A stretch of DNA of 18,346 bases from Octopus sinensis. Its lineage: Eukaryota. The first letter of the stretch is position 1. Each line of letters opens with the position of its first letter. Below the pieces are notes generated by a model that was not told the DNA's origin, searched no databases, and was given only the letters and a program-made list of their open reading frames with translations. The translations under genes were made by a program, and so were the position numbers. Shown here one piece after another: positions 1-10,007 of this stretch. The stretch covers positions 1-18,346 of the forward strand of contig NW_021824574.1 in assembly GCF_006345805.1 (NCBI RefSeq), read 5' to 3'.

Positions 1-564
1 AAATATTGTATGAAATCGTTTATAGCATTAATATGAATTAGAAAAATAAAGTAAAGTTTCAAACAATTAGTAGCAAGATGGATGCTTCTAAATATTTCTT
101 TATTGCAAAGTACAAATAGCATTACTCATACCAGCATCATAGTCATTATCATCATCATCAAAAACGGTTTATCAAGATAGGATAATAATAACTATCGTTA
201 ACAAATTGTATAGAAATAATATTCAACCACTAAACATTCAAGAATAACATAGCACCCCCCTCTACAAAAAAAGGAACAAAACATACATAACATCGACACC
301 AACACAACAGTTGAGGCAGCTGCAGCGCCTTCAAATTCAAGAAGGGGCTGAAGCTCATTAAAGTTGTTTTTAAGAATTGGAAAGCAGTTTCAAATACCCA
401 TTTTATAATTACTTTAACCTTTCCCATAGAATTCTTTAGAAGGGCAAATTTCTAAACGCTATACGCTTTGATATTAAGGATAAGTGGCTATAAAAGTTCC
501 AAATCTATTTTGGTAAAGAAGCTGTTATAAGGTAGCAAATTGAATTACCTATCCTTCAGGATAT

Positions 565-575
565 ATACATACAAA

Positions 576-609
<34 letters not shown>

Positions 610-960
610 ATATAATATATATATATATATTATATATATATATATATAATATAGGTATATATGCTGCGTATATGTTTATATTTGTATGTACGTTTATAAA
701 CATATAAATGTATATATATGAATATGTATGTATATGCTTATATGTATGTTGTATATAATGTATAGATAGATAAATAGACAGACAGACAGAAATTTAGATA
801 GAACTTAGATTTATAGATATATAACTATACATGAATATATAATGTTTGAGTTTGTATGTTTATATGAAAATCGTTTTCTTCTAAGCATGAAAAGGACAAG
901 ATATAAATATATTATATATATATATAGATATTATATATATATATAATATATATATATATA
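565..960 (+). repeat. (CA)n/(TA)n/(TATG)n microsatellite cluster
   Basis: CA run at about 575-608, with TA runs at about 610-650 and 901-960 and degenerate tetranucleotide repeats between. Confidence 0.9.
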
Positions 961-1059
961 ACAACTATTTCATAATGAAAATAACATAATTATACTTCAA
1001 ATAATACTATACGAGTTTCCACCTGTATATCAGGTGCAACAGCATGTATTCGAAACGCA

Positions 1060-1262
1060 TACATATTATAATTATTGTTATTGTTATTACTGTTGTTGCT
1101 GTTGGTGTTATTGATAGGGATAAGGGCGGCAGTGATGATTCTGATAATAGTGGTGGTTGTGTTGTTGGTGGTCTTATTCTTGTTGTTCTTGTTATTAACA
1201 TCATTGTTATTGTAATTGCTGTTGTTTTTGCTTTTTGCTGATGTCTTGTTGTTATTGGGTTG
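1060..1262 (+). repeat. Degenerate (GTT/ATT/GGT)n trinucleotide low-complexity tract
   Basis: Three-base periodicity of NTT/NGT triplets. This explains the V/I-rich and T-rich ORFs at 1007-1241. Confidence 0.85.
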
Positions 1263-1480
1263 ATAAAGTTTTTCTTATAACTATTAGTACTATTGAAATG
1301 AGCTCTGATGATATCGATAGGTATTGAATCTAATTTATTTTAACTAATTTCTTTCCACACCTTTTTTGCATTAAAAACTTTTAATGATGTCTATATGAAG
1401 AAAGAAAAAGAAAATTATTGTGAATAAAATATTTAAAAGTAATTAAAATGTCTTTCAAATTTATATGACTGCATATGTGT

Positions 1481-1821
1481 ATGGGATGTGGCAAGTTATA
1501 TTTGTATGTATGTATATATATATATATTTATGTATATGAACATATGCAGGCATATATATATATATATATATATATGTACGTATTTGTATATATGTATATA
1601 AATATATATGTGTATATATGCATGTATATATATATATATATATAGCCATGCACGCGTGCATTTATATATATGTTGATTGAAATCTGGAAATAGAACTTGC
1701 GTTGATATAGCTACATACTTTTAATGCCACGTTATATGCATTGTTAATTATGCATTTTGCACTTCAAGACACTCTCGAAAGATAGAAAAAGTTTCAAATG
1801 CAGAAGGAATATATATAATAT

Positions 1822-1881
<60 letters not shown>

Positions 1882-2178
1882 TCATACACATGGACATACG
1901 TATTATTCATAGAAGGCACCTTATGACTGCAATTATATATTATATAAAGATAGTTTTTCACAGATAAGTGGCAAATAAACTTAGATTACGTTTCGTTTTC
2001 CTTTTTGAGATGCGAATAAACTTCTCAGTAGAGACGTTTATCACAGCCAAGGGTTTGTACTTAAACGCGGACACACACACAAATATATATATATGTACAC
2101 GGACACTCGTAAGTACAAGCATTATCAGATTCATGTGCGCATTTCCTTCTCTAACGCACATATTCAAATATATCACTA

Positions 2179-2211
<33 letters not shown>

Positions 2212-2512
2212 ATATAATAATATATATATATATATATATATATAGAAACATGTGTGTGTGGTTGTGGATATATAATATATATGTTTATATATATATATGG
2301 ATATTCACACATACGCGCATATATATATATATATCTGTTTGGTGTGATATACATAAACGCACGTCTGCGTATGTATGTGTGTGGTATATAAGTACTTGCA
2401 TGCACAGAACTTATATAATCTATACATACATCTCTATATGTATGTATATACATATATATATATAGAGATATATATATTATATATATATTAGATATATATA
2501 TATAATATATAT

Positions 2513-2557
<45 letters not shown>

Positions 2558-2600
2558 ATATATATATATATATATTATATATTTGTACATATATTTATGA
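1481..2600 (+). repeat. (TA)n-dominated microsatellite cluster
   Basis: TA and TATG runs at about 1481-1670, 1808-1878 and 2176-2600, separated by short unique segments. Confidence 0.9.
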
Positions 2601-3844
2601 TATGTATACTGTACTAAAATAATATTTCACGGCACGATGCAATTTTTTCATACAAAACATCTTCCATGAACCTGTTTTGAATATGTTGATATCTAACAAT
2701 GTCTTCCACATTGTGCATCATTACATGGGTTTTGATTATTACCGAGTAAATTGGATACCAAACTACATTTTACTTTTTCTTCTATGAAACTGTTTCGATA
2801 CTTTGTTCGAATCTTTGCAGTCTTTCGGGACAAATAAAATCGCCGCATGTTCTCGGTTATTTCACACCACTAGAATTTACTCATGTAATCCTAGAACAGT
2901 CCCCTTCTTTTTGAAAACTGCTCCATGTGGGATACACTCCCTTTCGTCTGAAGTTAGTTGAAAGCGCTTATATATTGAGATATTCGCATCTAATCTAATT
3001 TCTGTTTAACAAAATACACAATACATTTCTTCGGGCTTGTTCTGTTGCCGGTATATACTTTCATCTCTTCATTCTGCCTATACACATGTAGTTTATTTCA
3101 TTTGATTTTTAATTATTTTAAGTGTTCGTTCATTATACAGTGGAATGTATATAACACGGGCAAGACAAATATAAGATAGGTATAGATATATTTCTTGTTC
3201 AGTAAATTTCGAAGTTTCACCGTTAACTGTTGGTTTACGAATATCATCTTACAAATATCATCAGGTTTTCATGGTACACAGTGGTATATCATATTATTCA
3301 ATGCCTAATTATTGAGTTATTTTAGCTTGTAATGTACAAGGAAATAAATACTTGTATTAATACACGGCTCACGGTAAATGGGCCCGAATAGAAATGGTTG
3401 GAATGAAACGAAAATGGTATAGTCTTGATTCTTGTAAGAGGGGTTGGTTGTATTGGTTGTAGTTAGTGTTACACCAGTGAAATTCCTAAAGAGGTATGTG
3501 GTTAGATGTTGCACAGACGGAATTATATGATTTGTTTTACTGACGAAATGGAGCCAGCAAAATAATTATGAATATATCTACAAAAGAGATTTCTAACCAC
3601 ATTCAGCCATTCTAAACCATTGCATCATACATAACACTACCAAGCAACAATACTGCTTACGCAACCTGCGATCGAATTATTCTTTTCCTTTCCGTGCAGC
3701 AGTATGTGTTTGATAGAATATCCAACGAAAACAGCTGTTCAGTAAATAAAATCTATATCCGTGTATGTGTATATATGTGTATGTGTGTATGAGTGTGTGA
3801 GTGTGTACGTCCCTGCGTGCGTGTGTATGTGTGTTTATGTATGT

Positions 3845-4055
3845 GTATCTGAGTTTCTCTCCCTACTATAGAATGACATTCGGTGTTGGTGTGTATGTGT
3901 CACCGTAACTTAGCGGTTCAACCAGAGATTTATTGAATAAGTAACAGAGTTACACAAAGAATACGTCCTGGGATGATTTCTTCGACTAAAGGCAGTGCTC
4001 CAGCATAGCCACAGTCAGATGACTGAAAAAGATAAAAAGGTAAAATGTAAAAGAA
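3845..4055 (+). mobile_element. 3' half of a SINE (same family type as 17861-18211)
   Basis: After a GT-rich linker comes CCGTAACTTAGCGGTTC...GAATAAGTAAC...CCTGGGATGATTTCTTCGACTAAAGGCAGTGCTCCAGCATAGCCACAGTCAGATGACTGAAA, then an A-rich tail. It is colinear with the minus-strand copy at the window end. Confidence 0.7.
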
Positions 4056-4468
4056 TATATTATATACATATATATAAACAGAAAGTAAGTGTATTTATTT
4101 ATTTACAAGTATATATATAATCTTCGAATTTTCTCAAAGAAATTACTGCAAATACCAAGTTAACTCTAAAATCGTCACGTTTAACAATTTCTATCACGCA
4201 CCGAAGATTCAATCTTTGTGTCTCCCAGAGTCGTCCAAGTCTTGCACATAACTGTCTAGATGTAATGACTACAGAACTATCACATTTAATTTAATTTCTT
4301 TGGAAATATTCGAGGACCATTTCTACCATCGTATAAATAAACTTAGAGACTAAATCTCCATTACTCCCAACTTACTTTTCATTCATATTAATAATATCAA
4401 GAGCATTTTATTCCTACTACACACACATTCACACGACTCACAAACACATCTACATTCCCAAATATACA

Positions 4469-4473
<5 letters not shown>

Positions 4474-4505
<32 letters not shown>

Positions 4506-4527
4506 CATACATACATACATACATACA

Positions 4528-4558
<31 letters not shown>

Positions 4559-4588
4559 GTATATGCATATGCACACGTATATAATAGA

Positions 4589-4622
<34 letters not shown>
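4474..4622 (+). repeat. (TA)n/(TACA)n compound microsatellite
   Basis: TA run, a perfect TACA run at about 4503-4557, then a second TA run. Confidence 0.95.
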
Positions 4623-4624
<2 letters not shown>

Positions 4625-6030
4625 TAAACTAAATAGTACAATTCAGTATAGGAAAAAACTTCGGAAATTTTTTTTTTCTAGCGCAAACAATCTATATCGA
4701 CCTCTCAGTATCCACTTGACTCTCTAGAATAGAAAGCATGAATTATTCATGCTGAGATCTTCAGGAAATAATTCTATAAATGAGATATGGCAGCTGTATA
4801 GATCAGTAACTCATTATTAAAACATTGATTGGAAAATTTGTATTATCACACCAATGATTATATCTAAAGATTCTGTTCGTATGATTTTGATTCACAACTC
4901 TGCAGACAAGTATTCATGCTTTCAATTAATGATAACTTTATCAAAAATATAGCTCTTTTTGTCAATGAATCTGGCATTATATAGCTTTATTTTTACTTTA
5001 CTGTTTTCACTAACAAGTCACCGATGACTATGATTTTGATTTGCTTCTACGACGTTCATTTTAATTTTATCTGATAATTTCGCAGCAGGTTGACTCTTAT
5101 CTAAAGTTACATATTACAATCTATTGCAATCTATCTTCCTCGCTAGTTAATACGGTGAAAATTAACGATGTCCAGATGTAATATAGGAATGCAACATTCA
5201 ATCTCATTTCAGTTATGTTGCGTTACATACACTGTGTTCTGATGACCTCTTGAAGTATTTAATACAAGAATTTATTTTTCGTGCCACAACGTATTTTTAT
5301 GAAGCAGACGAATTCTAATGCGTGGTTCACATTTTGCACATTGGTAAAGAAACACAAATACAATATTATAACTTACTTCGCTTTATATTTGACTTTCCTC
5401 AATCTTTAGAATTTTTTACAAGGAAGAAATAAAGTTGGAAATTCGCCTTTCTGAAGAAAAACAAGTAATCTTTGGCAGTGTAGACCATCTTGAAACCGTT
5501 TCGTGATCCGCTGTTTCCAAGCCCATATATTTGAAGCATGTTTGAAAACCTAGAAATACACAGAATCAACACCGTAACAAATTGGATAATCTGCTTCACA
5601 TCATCTCTGACAAATAAGTATCATTACAGTCATATAAAATTAAACTGGCTTCAACAATGATGTGTCTATAGAATTTCATTCACAGTGATTGTGATATATA
5701 GAGGCTATGGCAGAAAACTTCTCGTATAAGTCATATAGAAGAATAGAACTAGGATAAGATTATCGCAAAGCAAACTTCTTAAACATTCATACAAACTAAA
5801 ATATATTACTGAAAAACAATACTACATTTTCAGAAGCCACAATTCTGCAAGTACGATGAATATAATTTGGTGTATGTTAAAATACTTTAAATATATTAAA
5901 CTTCATTTGGCTTCTAGATAAGGTGGTACTGTACTGAATATTTTCTTGATTGGCATGTCTGATTGAGCATTGAACAGTACTTTAAAGACTGAGTGGTTTA
6001 TTCTTCCATAAACCAAACACACATGGATAT

Positions 6031-6128
6031 TATTTGCTCAAGACTACAACGTACACCCCGTCCGGGAGTTGAACTCATGATCTTGCGATTATCACAGCAA
6101 CACCATCAATACGAGGTCACGTGGCCTT
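6031..6128 (-). mobile_element. 5' fragment of an old tRNA-derived SINE
   Basis: The minus strand reads AAGGCCACGTGACC...CATGAGTTCAACTCCCGGACGGGG...GTAGTCTTGAGCAAA. It has a B box (plus 6064-6076) followed by a CORE/V-like TCTTGAGCAA motif. Confidence 0.55.
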
Positions 6129-6353
6129 ATATATATTTATATATACATGGACACTTTATCAATAACTGGTAGCAAGTTAGAGTTTCAACATTGGCGTGTG
6201 ACAAAATATTGAGTTGGATGTTAATTGATATATTGTTTGTATAAAGTATGTTCTTATTTGTCTATTTTGTAATGTATGTGTGTGCATGTGGGTATATCCA
6301 CACACTTATGTGCTCTCCACTTGGAGTCGACGTCCATAAGTGATGTGGCATAA

Positions 6354-6410
<57 letters not shown>

Positions 6411-6424
6411 AAAGGGAAAGAGAA
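6354..6424 (+). repeat. (GA)n microsatellite
   Basis: Near-perfect GA run. Confidence 0.95.
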
Positions 6425-7054
6425 ATATATGTATAGATGAATGGAAGTTTGAATGAGTGGTATGCATTCAGATTCACTTTCAATTATTTTATTCATTTCA
6501 CATCGTTTATATTTATATTGCCCACTTCGCATCCGCTATGAAAGCAAACGTGTGCTAACAACTAAGTACCAATACCGCCCTTTCCGACTGTAAACCTAAT
6601 CCTTGTTGAAGCCCTCAGTTATAATACTCTACAATGTTAAATTATCCATGAATCCTTATCGATGCATTTATTACAGCATTTTGTTTGAAATATCGTTACG
6701 CCTCCTTCTTCACGGCAATTGTTACTTTTGAGGTAACTCTGATCCTGAAGTAGATATTGTTCCACTGCGCGCAGTCATTAATGTCCATTGTTGGGATTGA
6801 CATGTGTCGCAATTTCGCAAGGTATTAAATAGAGTTTTAATTACGAATAAATCGAACGTTGCTTCTGCGACTGCTCGTTTACGTGTTAGTCATTGGACAT
6901 CATGAAACGATGGCACCATTTTATATGGCTACATGTGATATATATGCACATATATATATAATATATATATATTACATATATATATATGTATATATAGATA
7001 TATAATATCTATATATATATATATATTATATATATTATATATATAATATATATT

Positions 7055-7211
7055 AATTAGAGACAAAACCACTATTATGCAAATCAAACAAAGAAAGACT
7101 TAATCCAATATATAAAAAATGTTATATAAATTTAATAAAATTAAATTTTATTTAATTTATATAAAAAGTCTTTCTTTGTTGATTTGCATAATAGTGGTTT
7201 TGTCTCTAATT
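7055..7211. repeat. AT-rich foldback (nested inverted repeats), probably TE-derived
   Basis: The outer arms 7055-7101 and 7166-7211 are reverse complements except for a 1-nt indel. The inner arms 7122-7140 and 7146-7164 match 18/19 around a 5-nt loop. Confidence 0.75.
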
Positions 7212-7577
7212 ATATTATATAATATTTTACTATAAAATTGGATTCAATCCTAAATCTGATTTTTCCCTGTAAATTTGGATTTATTCCCTAATATTTATTA
7301 TATATATATATATATATATATATGTACATATACATATATGTATATATATACACATATATATATGTATAATATATATATATATATATACATATATGTATGT
7401 ATGTATTTATACCTGCATATATACATTTATAAAACATATTATTACGACTTTCTTTATTCAAAATCCTATAAACTTTTAGACTGATATAAAATAAATTAAA
7501 AAATAGGTTTTCAAACTGTAATTTTTTATTTGCTTATATATATATTGTTCAATTATATATATAACAACCATATATGT

Positions 7578-7608
<31 letters not shown>

Positions 7609-7648
7609 CTATATATATATATATTATATATATATATATATTATATAT

Positions 7649-7680
<32 letters not shown>

Positions 7681-8046
7681 GTTGTTCTTGCTGTTTTTGT
7701 AGTTGTTTGTTGCATGCAATAACGAAACTGCTGAAGATAACTATACCTAAGAATACGAGTAGTGAGAAACCTACTCTGACTGAAGGAGTTCATGATAAGA
7801 AGTTACATAGACACATTTGTTCTGTATTGTTCGAATTATCGAAAGGTCTAAGGCTAATATAACGACTGAAATATATAACAGGATTTTAAATATTTCTAAT
7901 GATATACGATCTTAAGGAACAGCTTAGCCATGAATTTACAATTCATCTAGGGTAAGTAATTCTTATTAATTTCATATGTAAGCCTTTTCTGTACCGCGTC
8001 GAGCAAGTTGGTAGTATGAGATCCACTATATAGGCGTATGATGCTC

Positions 8047-8072
8047 CCTCTCTCTCTCTATCTCTCTCTCTC

Positions 8073-8129
<57 letters not shown>

Positions 8130-8136
8130 CTGTATG

Positions 8137-8160
<24 letters not shown>
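8047..8160 (+). repeat. (CT)n followed by (TA)n microsatellite
   Basis: CT run at 8047-8125 and TA run at about 8137-8160. Confidence 0.95.
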
Positions 8161-8167
<7 letters not shown>

Positions 8168-8192
8168 AAAATTTGTATATATATATATATAT

Positions 8193-8760
8193 ATTTAGCA
8201 ATTAAGGACAACTACTTAATAAGGAAAACTTAACAAGAAATTGTCAGGTAGATAGCGTAAAAACCTCATAAGAGAAAAAATTTCGAAAAAAATTATTTCT
8301 TATTGAACATATTAATTTATATATAGAGGGCATTATACATACATGCCAGGAGGCATTGTATATACATGCCAAACGCTAAGAGGGACAATCAGTCATTTCT
8401 AACCAAAAATATTACTAATCCCACCGAATGCAATTTTTCAAAGTAAGACATTTAAAAATATAGGCCTGTATCACAGTGATTTCATACTTACGTAATCATC
8501 AGCAGCCTGAATGTATTATAAATAAACAACGACCCTGCTCGCTTAAGCCGATCAGCTAACTGATCAACATCAACGAAGCACATGGGTGAGTTTATATATA
8601 TTACATCCGGGTAAATGGTAAACTTTTACGAATTGCATTTCGGGAGAGGAAAAGTTTTTTCGGAATAAAAATTTAGCAATTAAGGACAACTACTTAATAA
8701 GGAAAACTTAACAAGAAATTGTCAGGTAGATAGCGTAAAAACCTCATAAGAGAAAAAATT
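8193..8760 (-). mobile_element. Non-autonomous hammerhead-containing element with identical 90-bp terminal direct repeats (retrozyme / Penelope-like pseudo-LTR architecture)
   Basis: 8193-8282 and 8671-8760 are the same 90 nt (ATTTAGCAATTAAGGAC...CATAAGAGAAAAAATT), giving a period of 478 bp. (TA)n abuts both outer ends. The internal 388 bp has no ORF in the supplied track but carries a hammerhead motif at 8462-8508 (minus). Confidence 0.65.
8462..8508 (-). ncRNA. Minimal type I hammerhead ribozyme motif
   Basis: The minus strand reads AGGCUG-CUGAUGA-UUAC-GUAA-GUAU-GAAA-UCACUGUGA-UA-CAGGCCU. Both catalytic boxes are intact. Stem II is 3 bp plus a U.U closing mismatch with a GNRA (GUAA) loop. 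Stem III is short and near-palindromic (UCAC-U-GUGA). The NUH triplet is AUA. Stem I is AGG-CUG/CAG-G-CCU, 6 bp with one bulge. Confidence 0.7.
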
Positions 8761-8783
8761 ATATATATATATATATATGAATA

Positions 8784-8989
8784 TTGTGTTGTGTCTGGGG
8801 AGAGTCATTCTCTTTTAGTGCCTTATTATTTAACACACTCACCGGTAAAATTTCACCGGTAAAAAAAGGCTGCAAGACGCAACGAAAATTTTAGAAAATA
8901 AAAATAAGAAATAAGTGGAAATGTTTACCGGTGAGTGTGTTAAATAATAAGGCACTAAAAGAGAGTGACTCTTCCCAGACACAACAGAA
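8784..8989. mobile_element. MITE, 206 bp, about 66-bp terminal inverted repeats, TA target-site duplication (Tc1/mariner type)
   Basis: 8784-8849 (TTGTGTTGTGTCTGGGGAGAGTC...CACCGGTAAA) is the reverse complement of 8924-8989 with 3 mismatches. TA lies at 8782-8783 and 8990-8991. The spacer is A-rich and noncoding. Confidence 0.8.
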
Positions 8990-9049
8990 TATACTTCAAC
9001 ACACGAACTCATATAAAGAATCTTGCAAACCAAATCCCAAAACGAAATA

Positions 9050-9053
9050 TATA

Positions 9054-9089
<36 letters not shown>

Positions 9090-9257
9090 CATGTATAAAT
9101 GCATATATATATATATATATATAAATATATAAGTGGTGTGCTGTTAGTGTGTGTGTGTGTGTGTGTGTGCGTGTGCGCGCGCGTGCGTGTGTGTGTGTTG
9201 TGTGCGTGTGCGCGCGCGTGCGTGTGTGTGTGTGATTGTGTTCGTGTGTGTGTGTTG
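9050..9257 (+). repeat. (TA)n then (GT)n/(GC)n alternating purine-pyrimidine tract
   Basis: TA runs at about 9050-9130, then GT runs with two copies of GTGTGCGTGTGCGCGCGCGTGCGTGTGTGTGTG. Confidence 0.9.
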
Positions 9258-9467
9258 TTACATCGGGATGAATGAATGGAAGAAAATAACAATACAATGC
9301 TTTCGTTGAAATTTCTTTTATTCAAGTATATGTAGGAACTATTGTTTGTGAATAAAACGGTTCCCCCAGTTTCAAAATTTTTCATGCACCAGAATATAAA
9401 ATTGGACCACAATAATAATTACGAAATAAATTAAGAATATTTCAGTTGTTACGTAATCATATTCTTT

Positions 9468-9545
9468 ATCTGACAGCTGTTTAGTATTCAAGACACAATG
9501 CAGCCAGGGAAGACTGAAAGGGCAGCATAGAGCTTCATCAGAGAA
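9468..9545 (-). ncRNA. Degenerate type I hammerhead ribozyme relic (G12 missing)
   Basis: The minus strand reads UCU-CUGAUGA-AG...CU-[G missing]AAA-C-AGCU-G-UC-AGA. It has the canonical GUC triplet, a perfectly palindromic stem III (ACAGCUGU), stem I UCU/AGA, and a long stem II containing AUGC(U)GCC/GGC(U)GCAU. Confidence 0.5.
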
Positions 9546-9719
9546 TTAAAGGAAGCATGCGCGCACACACATTTATGTATACATCTAAGCGTATATAATA
9601 TAATATATATTATATATATATATTATATCTATATATATATATATTATATATATATATATATACATATATATTGAGGCATTCTTGAATATATCCGTATATA
9701 TGTATTTACGCTTACATTT

Positions 9720-10007
9720 GTGGAGGCACATGGATTAATGGATAGAGCAGAGGACTCGCGGTCGAAGGCTCGTGGGTTCGAATCTCAGACCGGGCGATGT
9801 GTGTGTTTATGAGCGAAATACCTAAGCTCCACGCGACTCCGGCAGAAGGTAATTGCGAACTTCTGTTGACTCTTTCGCCACGACTTTCTCTCACTCTTTC
9901 CTCCTTTATCTTGCAGCTCACCTGCATCCTGTGCAGGAGAGGAACCTATACGCCATGAAACCGGGAAACCGGCCTTATGAGCCACGTATGGATGGAAAAG
10001 GAACAAA
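9720..10007 (+). mobile_element. Full-length tRNA-derived SINE with 9-bp target-site duplication
   Basis: A-box-like TGGATTAATGG at 9731-9741 and B box GGTTCGAATCT at 9775-9785. The 3' tail GAAACCGGGAAACCGGCCTTATGAGCC...GAACAAA is reminiscent of RTE-type tails (from memory). The direct repeat CTTACATTT lies at 9711-9719 and 10008-10016. Confidence 0.85.

Noticed and set aside
1304-1330. Other CTGATGA/CTGAAGA hits (also near 3258, 4757, 5240, 7731, 15622 and 16187) and CAGCTG(T) palindromes near 3731 and 4790
   Set aside because: None has a correctly placed stem II plus GAAA plus NUH and stem I.
1461-2465. ORFs of 66-165 aa rich in Y/I/T/H (the same applies to 4383-4574, 7275-7484, 8839-9412, 12476-12679, 13103-14225 and 17063-17275)
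   Set aside because: They are translations of TA/CA/GT microsatellites, which lack stop codons in some frames. There is no domain signal.
3326-3498. Exon-like segment between TTTTAG and AG|GTATGT
   Set aside because: All three frames contain stop codons.
5377-5612. Minus-strand ORF MKQIIQFVTVLILC... resembling a signal peptide, with an upstream AG and a downstream GAA|GTAAGT donor
   Set aside because: It starts at GTG, all three frames stop before the donor, and the peptide is not recognisable. This is insufficient for a CDS call without RNA-seq or homology.
6678-6739. 56-nt exon-like segment (TTACAG|...GAG|GTAACT) encoding FCLKYRYASFFTAIVTFE
   Set aside because: It is too short, with no recognisable homology and no compatible neighbouring exons. 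Chance splice-like signals are common here.
8193-8760. Interpretation as an LTR retrotransposon or TRIM
   Set aside because: The repeats lack TG...CA termini, and no primer-binding site or 4-6 bp TSD is discernible. The internal hammerhead fits a PLE/retrozyme model better.
9722-9790. tRNA-like A/B boxes (also 11543-11630 and 6064-6128) as tRNA genes
   Set aside because: They do not form a complete cloverleaf and continue into SINE bodies, one with a target-site duplication.
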